NCBI GenBank assembly: GCA_000708835.1
Contig: DF237435.1
Span: 5,306-69,305 of the forward strand
Length of the DNA stretch: 64,000 nt
Source: Klebsormidium nitens
Lineage: Eukaryota; Plantae; Klebsormidiophyceae
Reading direction: 5' to 3'
A program made the translations under genes and the position numbers. The notes under the pieces are model-generated. The model was not told where the DNA came from, searched no databases, and worked only from the letters and a program-made list of their open reading frames with translations. This document shows, piece by piece, positions 25,401 to 37,279 of the stretch (positions within the stretch are counted from its first letter, which is position 1; each line of letters begins with the position of its first letter).

Positions 25401-27859
25401 ATGCAGTGGCGGTGGAGTGAGGCTTTGCCAAGCAGTCCTGGAGTGCATAGCGCCCTTTCGTTGGCCTTTAACGACCGTTGAAGGTCCACAACGGGCTTGT
25501 TGAAGCCCACACAGTCGAGCATAACGGATAATATTACATTCCTTACACAACGCCAGTCTTCTTACCTGCTGCACCTTCTCCATCCCTCGGCCACCTGCCC
25601 CCGTCCTTTGGGCCCACAGCGCTCCTGTTTCCGTGCAGGCTGGACGCCCTCGTCCGACCCCACTGCCACATGTCATCCTTTGTCTGGCTGGCCTTCTCCT
25701 GCGATGCAGCTGCGGGCTGCGAGGCTTGCAGGAAGCTGTGCAGGCTGGACAGGACTTTGAGCAGGGAGGCGGGGGTGCGCCCAAACGGCCCCGTGATGGA
25801 CAGCAGCGTCACGTAGTGGTCCTCAATCTGCACCACCAGGCACAAGCGTCAAGCTCTGTTTTGACTGCAATGGCAAGGTCGTAATATGGCTCACTCATTC
25901 TTTGAAAGCTGGAAACGTCCTGGTGTTCAACGCACCACCTTTTTACCGAGGAGTACGAAAGCCTCGACCCAATGAGAAGGTTTTGATCATGATTGCATGC
26001 ACACTCCTAACAGTGCTTGTCATTGAACAAGCGAGACCCTTCCATACATCAGGGACGCCTTGGAAAGACTGACTGCATCAAACCAGCGACCAGACTACAA
26101 TGCGCAAGTCAGACTAACAATCTGAACCCGTTTTCGAAGGTCTAAAATTCTAATCATTGAGCGGACACAAAATTCAATGCACAATTAAGAAGGCGTCTAC
26201 GAAGCTCTAGCAAACACGCCAGCTCATTCAAAAGCAAACTTCCTCGATGCAGAGAACTAACACCACATAAGGCCACACAGCGCCCAGCTTAGAGGCTCAC
26301 CTGTGCGTGCAGAGGGGAGGCCCGCAGGAGGGCGGGGTACCGGGCTATGAGCAGGTCCAGGAACGCCACAGAGGACAGCCGCACCTCCGCTGTCATGTGG
26401 GTCAGCCCATTGCAGACATGCACCGCAAGGACAGGGAAGAAGGGAGCGACAACAGCCTGCCCAGAAAGCGGAGAAGGGGGCTTTAGTCTCTTGAAAGAAC
26501 TACTGTCACTGTACTGGATCGCTGAAAGTCATTGCTTGCTCCTTGCCACCGAAGAAGCAGGTCAGGTGTCATATCCACATGCTTGGCATCTGAATGCATC
26601 TTTCCCCCAGGAGCAGTGACGCACAGTGTTTGATTGCAACATTTCCGTCCTACGTTCAGAAGTCTTTCGAAGCCGGTTACGAGTGCCGCACCTCTGGCAG
26701 AGCGGGCAGCACTGTCTTGGACAGCAGCCCAAGGAGAGCTTCTCGGACGGCGCGGTCGCCGTCCGCAATGCGCGGGGCGATCTTCTCAATGATGGCAGCT
26801 GTGTGGAGGGGCAGCAGCGCAGGGTGGGCTTGGAGCAGCTCCTGGAGGCCACCCAGGGAGTCTGCAAATACAAATTACCCGCTGAACCTCTAGAAACAGA
26901 GGGGATTAGGTGCACAACGGTGGGCTCTTGATCAGAGACAGGCAGTCTATTCCGGAAAGAGAGCGGCCACCTGAAAAGCGGCTCCCTGAAGTCCATACAA
27001 CTCAGCGGGGTGCTGTAAAACTGCACGTAATACCTGCAGTAAACCAATCAGAGACTCTAGGACTGGCTAAGAATGCTGACTGGTGAACTGATGATGGGTC
27101 CTGAATGTCCAGTAGATTTTTACAATCGGTCGGGCCTCCCTCACTTGAACTTCGTTTGGTTGCAATCTCCGGCTACAGATCCAGTCACTGCTGTGTCAAG
27201 AACACATCGGTGCTCCATCAGTTCAGACGTCAAAGCGCACCTTTTCTGGAGTGGGCATTGTAGTGCGACGCCTGCCCCAGCAGCTCCTGCAGGCTCAGGT
27301 TGCGGGAGGTCACTGCCGTGCCCTTGCTGGCCGTCACACTCTGGTCCGGCAAGTGGAGCGCTGCAATGGAGAAGACATTTACGTCCGATTATCCAGTCCA
27401 CCAATGGTCTTTAGCACACCACCACCACCACCATCATCACTGCCAATCATTCCTCGTGTAAGAGATGAGTATATCGTCATATCTCTCCTGTATGAGCAAT
27501 GTGGGCTTTGAATTGAATGTCACAAGGTGGTGCAACGTGATGGTGATGCACCGCTCAAAACCATGTGATAATGGTGGTGACAAGCGCCCACGGATACTTT
27601 GCTCACCTTTGGCCTTAAAGTCGGTCCTGGTGAAGTTGTCTGCCCTGGGCAGCTTCTTGCCCACTTTTGACTTCACTCGCTGCACAACATTTCCATCAAT
27701 TCAGCCAACGAGACAAGTCAATGCGGTAAGCAAAAGCTGCTCATGCTGAGATGAACTTTTGGGCGGGTAAGAACTGTTTGCGTCAGGTTAGCAGCTTACC
27801 TTGAAGTCAATGCCAGGCCCTTTCTTCTTCTTCAGGCGCGTGGCCTTTTGATTGCCCAT
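22427..27859 (-). CDS. TEX10: Pre-rRNA processing protein IPI1 / TEX10 (Rix1 complex), ARM-like; multi-exon
   Basis: 5' exons 27859-27800 (MGNQKATRLKKKKGPGIDFK), 27679-27607 (RVKSKVGKKLPRADNFTRTDFKAK), 27360-27241 (LPDQSV...LSLQELLGQASHYN), 26861-26692 and about 26457-26301 (Ipi1_N-like). Later large exons overlap ORFs 25543-25845, 24539-25069, 23758-24417, 22427-23347; 3' exon boundaries not fully resolved. Confidence 0.85.
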
Positions 27860-28060
27860 GTTGATGGCCCTCACTCAAAGGTGCTCCTGCCAGAACCTAG
27901 CCACAGCCTGCCACAGCCTGGTGAGACGAGCTCGGACGCCCACACTGCACAGCAAACGCAATTTGTGTTTCTGAACGAGCTTTCGTGAAAACACTTCGGA
28001 TCGACATCGTGCAACTTGAAGAAGCAGAAAGAATTGTGATCTCGTGTACAAAGAGAACAC

Positions 28061-28216
28061 GTAAAACCCTAAATTCTTAGGGTTACATAGGGTTGTCAAG
28101 ACTTCCGCGAGGCTTCTGCATCCTTTTCGAGCTTGCAATGAAATACAGCACAACGGCTCCAGGAAGCAATTGCAAAGCCAATTATGATTCTGCAAGGTCG
28201 CTCAAGATAAGGCCCA
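28061..28216. promoter_or_regulatory. Telo-box pair (inverted) plus site II motif in the TEX10 / rhodanese divergent promoter
   Basis: AAAACCCTAA 28063-28072, its complement TTAGGGTT 28077-28084, TAGGGTT 28088-28094, GGCCCA 28211-28216. Confidence 0.5.
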
Positions 28217-28650
28217 GGGCATTATTACAAGACTTTCCCGGGGTTCAACAAGGTCTTTGCTGAGGCAAAGTTCGGCAGGTTCCCGGTTCTGAACTTTTCA
28301 GTAAGTCCATCCTTTCGCAATGAGTGATTGGACCATTGCAAAGAGAGCCATACTTGAAGTTGTTTGCATCTTGACAAAGTCTGGGAGTCTCTTCTTGAAC
28401 ACCTGCATTCGGTATGCCCGCATACATCTTTCGCGGCATTATTATTGTCGTTTGCTCACGGCGCTAATGATCTGTACTAGTTAGAAAGATTGCAGGCTCT
28501 GAAACGGAGTGACCAGCTAAGTTCCACAATTTGATAAGTAGCTTCCTCATCCCGACAGTGGCAACATCGTTCAATCAATCCAGTCTGCTCGCAGGTCACA
28601 GTCACCGGCATTGACACAAAAATCAAGGAGCTTTCCTATTGCGTTCCATC

Positions 28651-30333
28651 ATGTTTTCCTGGCTGCCCTGGAGCTCAAAGGTCGCCGACGATGTACCGGA
28701 CAGCCAGCGGCACTCTGCTTTTCTGAAGCGCTTTGAGGACATTCGGGACAAGAGCAATTGGGCGCAGGTAGATCAAGCAGCCCCCATCCTGAGCTATCTT
28801 TTTCTTCAGAGCAAAGCCTCCCAAGCTCCAGGATTTGCAAGGCCTAAACTGTCATGGTCGCCTCAATATCACCTGAGCTTGTGATTTATTTAGGACTTTG
28901 AGGCAAAACCCAACGGGAATTGACAATCTTTGGGTGAACCACTCTAAAGCACCACCTTAAGTCAAATTAAGCTTGCTTCTGTTCAGCTCACCCATGAGCC
29001 TTCGGTTTGGAGATGTCAGCTGAGACGTTCTTAAGACGACACTATCGGCAGGTTGCTTCACAAAATCTAATTCTTGTCGGCCGTGCGTGCCAGGTTCCAG
29101 AAATCTCAGGAGCAGAGCTGAAAGACTTGCCCAGGGACTCCTACATCCTGGTAGATGTCCGATCGGAGGCAGAGCGCAACGTGAGTATGGGATATACGCC
29201 GCCGCCCGAGGCACTGTCCTCCGGCTGCAGCCCGTACAGGCATTCTGAGCAACTCAGTTCTGACAGGTTTCCTGATGGAGACTGGAACAATAGTCATGCT
29301 TCTTCAAGCGAGTTTCGAGAAGTCTCTGTGCCAGGGTGAAAGGGCATGTAGCTTCAATCAATAGCATATCAGGACAGCAAATCTGACTACCGATGTATCT
29401 CCCATCTTTTATTGTCTCTTTCCGACTTTGATCCCCACTCTGACCTGGCTTACAGCGACAAGGGTCTAACGTATCTCATTACTTCATCATGTGCTGTTCC
29501 ACCTTATTATTCTTTGTCAGGAGGCCTTCCAATGAGTGCACACTTACTTTCACTGTGCAGGTGTCCATGATCCCGGGCAGTATCACAAAAGAAGAGTTTG
29601 AGAAACGGTTTGACGAGCTCAAGGACCAGGACATCGTGGTTTACTGGTGAGTAAAGACAGAGTCTTCAGGCAAAGGGGTTTCGTCTTACTTTTTTTCTCC
29701 ATTCCTTTCCAACCCACTTTGCCCAATTCTGTCCAGAAAAATTGAACTCCTGGCAACGTGTCTCTGTTTCATTCTTGGATAGTTCTTGCCGAGCAATCCC
29801 GACTTCAAGCCAGAACCACAGAAGTCAACCTACTTGCTTCAATAGTTCAAGTCTGGCTGAGTGAACAACCACTATTTTCTGGAGTGAGTCAACTCGTCTA
29901 TGTTGCTTGCCGGATTTGATACGTACTTCCAATTGCAGCTGACCCAAAACGAAGCCGTGAGCAAGAGTGGGGAGTACACTCGATTCACTCAACGTGGGGA
30001 AATCAGCATCGTGTAAAACCACAACCTCATCTGGAACTCTTTGGCCTGTTTCTTGTTTTATCTGGATATCGTTCTTGATTTTTAGCAAAGCTCGAATGGT
30101 TGTTCTTGTTATGCAGTGCAATCGGCGGTCGCTCGGGGACGTACTGCAAGCAGCTGCTGGCGACGCATCCGGGCCTCAAGGTGCGCAACTACGCGGGAAG
30201 CATCATTGACTGGCTCCACGTGCCAGGCGCTCTCGTGGACCACGAAGGGAAGTCGACCAACAAGATCCATCCCGGGGGCAGCACGTGGAAGCAGTACGTG
30301 CCAGCAGCCGGGAATTACATCATTGTGACGTGA
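28651..30333 (+). CDS. Single-domain rhodanese / sulfurtransferase-like protein (4 exons, 168 aa)
   Basis: Exons 28651-28767, 29094-29180, 29561-29646, 30117-30333; motifs LVDVRSEAE, VSMIPGS, active-site loop VVYCAIGGRS, NYAGSIIDW. Confidence 0.88.
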
Positions 30334-31644
30334 AGAGCGGACTTATGGGAAGGCTGGACATAGTATAGAGGGGGCTGGGGAGCAGGTGCCTAGCAAATGG
30401 CACGTGTCGAGCGCTCGGTGCTTTTGATCGCGTTGTTGACAAGCTTCGTAGATAATCTGATAAATTGCAGCGATATGGATGCGGTCTGGTGGTCATATTC
30501 AACTTTCTTGTATACAAGAGCAGTCCAGACGCTTTGGTTGTACATACATATACTCGTTGACGAGACATTAGGGTTTCGATAGCACATTCATGCCGCCAAG
30601 CTGCAGGGCTGATAAATGGGATTTAGAAGTTGATAGCAGGGACTACAATTCAAGAAACCATACGAGGTAAAGTGCCCGGAATTAGATAGATAGCCTGTAG
30701 ATTGTTTTAAGATCGAATGCATCTTCTACCGTTCCTTATGTGATCAAGATAGAGACCAGGCTGGCAAGCTTTTGAAAAGGAATATCGACTCAACTAGCTA
30801 TGAAAAAGACATAAACGTGGCTTGTTAGTAGCGCACTTGGATCTGATCTTGTGCTCATGATCGATGGATGTTAGACATACGTTTGATATACTGATTCGCG
30901 AATAATCGATTGTGTACACTTCATGGCTACGCTCATGCACTGAACTTAATTGCAGCCGCCCGTCACATACATGTACAAATTCAAGGCACGCGTGCAATGA
31001 TGTCACTATACGCTTCACATACGTGCATGACGTGAAGTCTTGCATGCTGAGGTGACCAATCAATTCGAATATGCTAGCTATATTTGCGCGCCGGCAAGCA
31101 TCAACCATCTAGGCTTAGCCTGTAAAGTTACTTAATCTGATCTGTTCTGATTTCGAAAGCCGTGCAGCCAAATGGGCCATAGGCTTCCATATATGCACCT
31201 GCATACATTGTAATCATGTAAGTTCGACTTTTGAACGCCTAGCTACCCTACCGAATCTTGGTGTGCTACATAATCCAAACCTAGTATGTCAGCTTCTGCA
31301 GTTGTTGGTATATCAAGCTGTAGATTGCAGTCGATTTGAGGGTTTATCGATCAATGATACAGCAGGCTATGCCAGCCCGTTGATGATTACTGTATCAAAA
31401 GCAACCACATGTGACAACTTCCCTTAGTCCTTGTGAATTGTACTTGTTCGATCAAGTTTCAAACGAGTAAGGACGGACGGCTACTTGCTCCGGCACCAGC
31501 CGCCTGATCGACTCTCTTATCCTGCTTCCATTAGGGTTCATTTGCGGGCTCCTTTTGACGACCTTTTGGTACAGAACTTTACATATGTTACACGCAGGAA
31601 GCTTGACCTTTCCGACTGAAAGCAGTTGCAGCATACGATCGCAA

Positions 31645-33311
31645 TCATTGCGGCATCTTGAGGGCATCGTAGCCAGGCAAGCTTTCCTCCCCGGGGACGT
31701 GCTCCAGATCCAGCACCCCTGCCGGTGCCATGAAGGGCACAATCCTGAAGAGGAGCTCGGGCGGCAGCCCTGCAAGGCTCACGCCCAGCGGGTTGCTCTC
31801 CTTGCGCATCCGCTTGGCTGCCAGCCTCGCTGACCGGCGGAGCGAGGGCGCACCCTGCAAAAGGCCAGTTGGCTTTGAAAGATGGACATAGCAGATTGTG
31901 CTCAGCATTCATCACCATTCCGTTCAGAAGACCGTTCAGTAGACAATGTCAACGCTTGAGTGGCTGCAGGAACTCACTCGAAAGCAAAGCAATTTTGCCT
32001 TCAGCTGTCGAATGAAGGGGAGTTTGAGCAGTTGAGAAGGTCTTGCAGTCCACAGTAGAGACCCCTGATGATGTGGGCCTCTGCCTTCAGACAGGCTTGC
32101 ATATCTGCCACCGATTGTCACAAGACTAGACTGTTGCAAACGATATAGCTGATACTGGCGGCCAATGTTTGGGAGGTCATGTTGACTATCGCAGCATCAT
32201 CAAATGCCACTCACCTGTGGTTGTGGTTGCTGGCTCCACGCACGGTTGTGAGCAAGTAGGAGTGTCCGAACCGTGCTCTTGAACGAGGAGGGGTACCGAC
32301 TGTGTGTTCCTTGCGACCAGGGCAGACTGGCCGGTTCTTGGATGTCGACCTTCTGGGGAGCCGAACCTGTGGGAATGTGGACCTGGCAAAAGGCGATAGA
32401 GCCACAGGGTGAGGTGACAACTAGAGAAGGCTCCCAAATCTTCTGATAAAAGCGTGTCAGATACTGGCAGACGTTGACAGAAAGTAAACTTTTCTTTCAA
32501 GGCAGCTTCATGGCCAGATTGATACTGAGGGATTAGACCCTGCAAGCGATGTGGTCCTCCGAGACAGGAGCACAATTAAATAGAAAACCAATCCAATGTT
32601 GATGACACGACACGCAAGGCAAGCACAGGCGTGCATGGTGTCTCCAATGACAATAAGTCAGTGAAAGCTGCGACCAAAATTAAGGGCATTGGGAGCGAAT
32701 GCAAGGCTCACCAGTCGCTTGTCAATTGCGAGCAGCTCTCCTGTGGTGAACTTGCATGCTATCCAGGGATGTGACTCAAATGTGTGCTGCCAGTAGGACT
32801 TGCTTTGAGGCTTCAGATTGTGATATAAGATCTGCAGAAGGTGGCGACCAGCTAAGTCACAATATTTTCTTACTTTCTCAGATGATGCCGCTGAAGGAGG
32901 TCACATGAGCTGGTTAGCCTTTTTGAAGTTATGCAACTTCATGAGCATGATTTTGTTCATGAAGAATCATTTGAGCACAATGCAAAATATGTCCAAATCA
33001 AAGCAATGAACGAAATGAGCACGATTGATTGTCAGACTTCGGACGCTCACTTGGCTGCAGCTATAATTATATGGTGCTTAACAAAAAAGTATCATCCAGT
33101 CTGCAGGAATTTGACGTAATCTGCTCACCTTCTCTCCCCCGTAGTTTAGCCAGAAAATGCTCACGTAGTCCTTTGTCATGTTTGTGAATCTCACCCATGC
33201 AGTGACCTTTGAACGCAAGGATTTGATCGTCAGAATGGCCTCAGCATCACTGCTTGAGGCAGCCATTGGAGTTCCGCCCTGCATTGTGCTGTCTTGATGC
33301 TCACCCTCCAT
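31645..33311 (-). CDS. VHL beta-domain protein with C-terminal F-box-like motif (4 exons, 226 aa)
   Basis: Exons 33311-33129, 32831-32712, 32382-32215, 31854-31645, all phase 0. VRFTN...WLNYGGE..LYHNLKP...QHTFESHPW aligns by eye to the VHL beta domain; followed by PWSQGTHSRYPSSFKSTVRTLLL and LAGLPPELLFRI. Confidence 0.82.
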
Positions 33312-34268
33312 TTTTGACTGTGCTCGTCAGAGAGGTGAAGTGGAGGGCCGGACTGACCGTAAGCAGCTATTGCAAAGTCTTGACAGGGCACATTCACGAG
33401 CGACGTTTGCTTGCGAGCTGCAGTCAGCAGCCGTGTAAATGTAGCATGTGCTGTAAGGCCTTGGAGCAGGTCTGCATAGGAGCGCCAGGCAGCGGCAACA
33501 TTCTAGGACTCGTCGATCAGGTACATGTTTCTGAGATTTCGAGACAGCCAGAAAAGGCAGACTCCCCTGAGGCTGCAGTGTGACGTGATTGGAATGACAG
33601 GCAGCCCTGTGAGGACCAGTATCCGTTTGCGCAAACTGTGCTCCAGCTAAATATCAAAAAGCAGCTCCTGACACCTGCTACTATTGCAAGCTGACCAGGA
33701 GTGGCGCCCTTGCTGCGCGGCCCCTTTTCGCGTCCCTTTTCAATCCATGTGGAACGCTCTGCGATTTGATGTCATTGTAAGCTAGCTCTGCTCTGCCACT
33801 TGCTTTGAAGGTCATGAAGTTGTGCCACCCAGCGCCTTCCAGGGATCCCCCTTGCCAAGATTTTAGTGGACGACTATCACTAGACGAGAGTGAACAACTT
33901 AGAGCATCTTTTAGCCGTCGATGTAAATGGATATCACTTTGGGCGGCTTAAAATGGAACGTATTGGAAGCGCTTCTGAAAAAATGTTGCGTATAAGTTAC
34001 GACATGCCGTATTTGCGGAGTGCCCAGCCTGGGGCCCACCTGTACATGTCGCCACTACTGCGCCAGCTAGCGCTGCTGCAGCCTGCATATTGCCATTGGT
34101 CATTGCATGATCCAAAGCTAGCGAGAGCATTTCAAAAGCTTCAGCTTTCAGACATTGTGTGCAAGTTTTTTTGGGCGCGCCTCAAAAGTAAAGAGTTATT
34201 ACATTGCAGCCTGCCAATTTTTACGCCTGCGTGTCCACCTTCGCCTGAAAGCACAAAATTGCAAAAAG

Positions 34269-35792
34269 ATGGACTCCATCCAGAATGAGTTGGTGAAGCG
34301 GTTTGCCAAAAACAAGCTGCAGGAGTTAATGGGAGGGGGGCAGGCGTCCTCCAAGCATGATGCTCAGAGCATGGTGAGCAATGCTTGTACGAAGATGAAC
34401 TGGCTTTATCATTCTTTGGATGACAAGACAAATGTCAGATTGCTGGGCTTATGATTCTTCACTTGCATGCATGGACTCCAGAGTTCTGTGTCAGCTTCAG
34501 TATGCATGACCAACGAGGAATCCACAGGCTAAGAATGAAGAGGTGACCCCATCGCTAGAGGGTTTTCATCCCACGTGCTATATAGCATTTGTAACGTTGT
34601 TGTAAAGCTCAATTGAAACAGGTTATCTGTAACAGGCCAGATGTTTAAACGATTGAGGGGCAGTACTCTATGAGCTGATTTGGTTGCTCAAGTAATCAGT
34701 TCGTTGCTAAGAAGCCTGTTGCATGTCCCAGGTGATTGACATGGTCAAGTCCCAGTTTGGGCTCGGACATGACGATGCCAAGAAAGTCACTCACGAGGTA
34801 AGACAGCAGCGTCCGCATGAAACATGCATGCAGACGTTCTGTGTTGCACTTCTCTCTTCATGCTGCAGTTGACAAACCATCTTGGGCAAAAAGGGCATTG
34901 CTAACCTGCAGTGTTTGTGAGGGGCTCTCAACTCTTCCTGGTGCACCTCACTTTGCATTCTGGATGACAGATACAACAGCAAACTGGTTCATGTCGCTGT
35001 TCAATGCTTTGAATTTGGACGCTTCGTGTTCTCAGATTACAACTTAGTCAATTCTTCTTGATTGCAGATGACAGGTCCAGCAGAGGAGGAGTCTGGAGGA
35101 TTTGGCGGAATGATGGGAAAGGCAGCTAACTTCCTTGGGGGTGGGGATGAGAAGCATCAGATGCAAGGTGGGGCCGGCTATGGCAATCAGATGGGCGGGG
35201 AGTCCTATGGGCAGGGTGGCTTCGGAGGCGGCGGCTACGGAGGCGGCCAGCAGGGAGGGGACATGATGGGACAGGCGGAGCGGCTGGCAATGCAGGCACT
35301 TGGAGGGGGGCAGGGCGGCAACCAAGTAAGGGTCTCTTTCACTGATCTCCTGACCTTGGGTTCCGATGATTTTTAAAACGGTCTGGACAGCCAAAAGCCA
35401 GCTCAGGCAGATTCGTTCAAACTGCTGAGGTGGCTTGACGTCACCAACCGGTGCTTGCATCATGTATCTACTGTTGACCACATGTCAACATTTTGAATCT
35501 GGTCAGCGAGCCTAGACCAAGTCATAAGCCACTGTGTATTCTATTGAGGGAAATAGTTGATTCAAAGGGTGGCTGCCTTGAAAGTCCCGACCATCTGACG
35601 CAATGATCTCGTAGCTGATTACAGGTTGTGGGAATGCTCATGGACAAGTTCGGGTTGGACCATGGTAGTGCGCGGGAAGTCGTCAACAGACAGCAGGGGA
35701 ACATGGACGGAGCTGCAGGGGGAGGGAGTGGGGCTATGGGCGGATTCGCGGAGAAAGCAGAGGGCTTCTTGGAGAGGATGACAGGACAGTAG
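34269..35792 (+). CDS. Gly/Met-rich hydrophilic protein with a duplicated helical motif, function unknown (4 exons, 198 aa)
   Basis: Exons 34269-34373, 34732-34797, 35068-35325, 35625-35792, all phase 0 with canonical splice sites; repeat VIDMVKSQFGLGHDDAKKV / VVGMLMDKFGLDHGSAREV. Confidence 0.75.
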
Positions 35793-37279
35793 GCATGCTG
35801 ATGGTTTCTGGGACAGACTCGGAGGACACTTGCACGCAGTAGGTTAGAGTAGATGGACGTCGCTTAGAGTTCCTTTTGATTTTGAACACCACGCGGGTCG
35901 TGAATAAACTTACCACAGACCAGTGTCGAACGAGTCATTCGTTGAATGTGAGGGATCGTTTTATCACTAGCCTTAAGAGCCATGCATATGATCCTTGACT
36001 GATGCTTGATTTGGATGGCACCGACAGTCAAATCTTCAATGTGGAATTATCAGTACTGAGGCGGTTCTGGCCTAGAAAGCCTCGTACGTACATGCGGAAT
36101 ATATCCATGCCATGCCGATGGCGATGAAATACAATTAACTAAGTTCAATGAGCTCGGGCAGATCGTTAATTTAACAATTGAAGTACGTCTATAGAGCTTA
36201 CATGGTAGCTTGATATGTTTCGAATCATTATGATTGTGTACCCCATGCAATGATGCACGATTCAGTGCATGCGTTGCAATCTGTGGGTTGAGTCCATTGA
36301 ATCAAATGAGTCCGCCCATGCATGAGGGTGGCAGAGCTAGCTAGTCGGCCGCGGCCGGATGCAACCCACGTGTATGTACATATATACAACGCGGCCAGCG
36401 CTTAAGTATATATACTGGCCGGCGGGGCGGCCTGCCCGCGCCACTATATTTAGCGGCACCCGCGTGCAATTACCATTGACATATATCGAGTCCGATCCGG
36501 TGACAAGTACGTGCCAGTCTCCATTAATTAAGCCCATCACTGTAGAGTTGTGTACCAACATAGTGCATGAGTTCACTGAGGGCCACGAGCTAGGGACGAG
36601 TCATGTACAAATGAAGGGATATATTTATGAGGCCCCACAGTCGAGCGGTCCGCGCGGCCCGCAAGCTGAAATCTTGTCATGCATGCATGTACAATCACTG
36701 TTAATTCAATAATACCTAATTACATATGATAGGCAATTGTTGCATGCCATGGCCCTAGTTACTTGTCATCGAAATCAGTGCAAATGAGCATTGGGCCCGC
36801 AGCACTGACTGCCACGTGTAGGATTCAAGGATCGCAATCTTTATCGATATTATAAATGCCTCGACTTTGATGTAACCGCGAGCAATCCAGGCATGTAGGA
36901 CGCTTATCAATCCATCTATGGAGGGTGCTCAAAACCTCACTCTCGACACTACAACACGTGCTACTAGGCTAGGCTGCTACCTGGTCTTCTTGACACTGAA
37001 CCACTAGGTGGCCCTACACGGCGCACAGATCAGCTATCCAGATCGGACTTACCAACAACTCCCGGTCTACCATTTAAAAAGAACGTCTATGATTATTGCG
37101 ACCTCCCACGGGCAGGTGGCGTGCATTCGTAAGGAGCAAATGGTGCTCGACGGAAACACAACAACTAAGTTATGTACAGACTGGGCGTATCGAGGCAGCT
37201 AAACAGACTGCAAGGCGAGAGCCCTTGTGCAAAGGGCGGCCTGGGAGCGCCCCCTTCCGAGGGCTGGCGTCAATGGACC

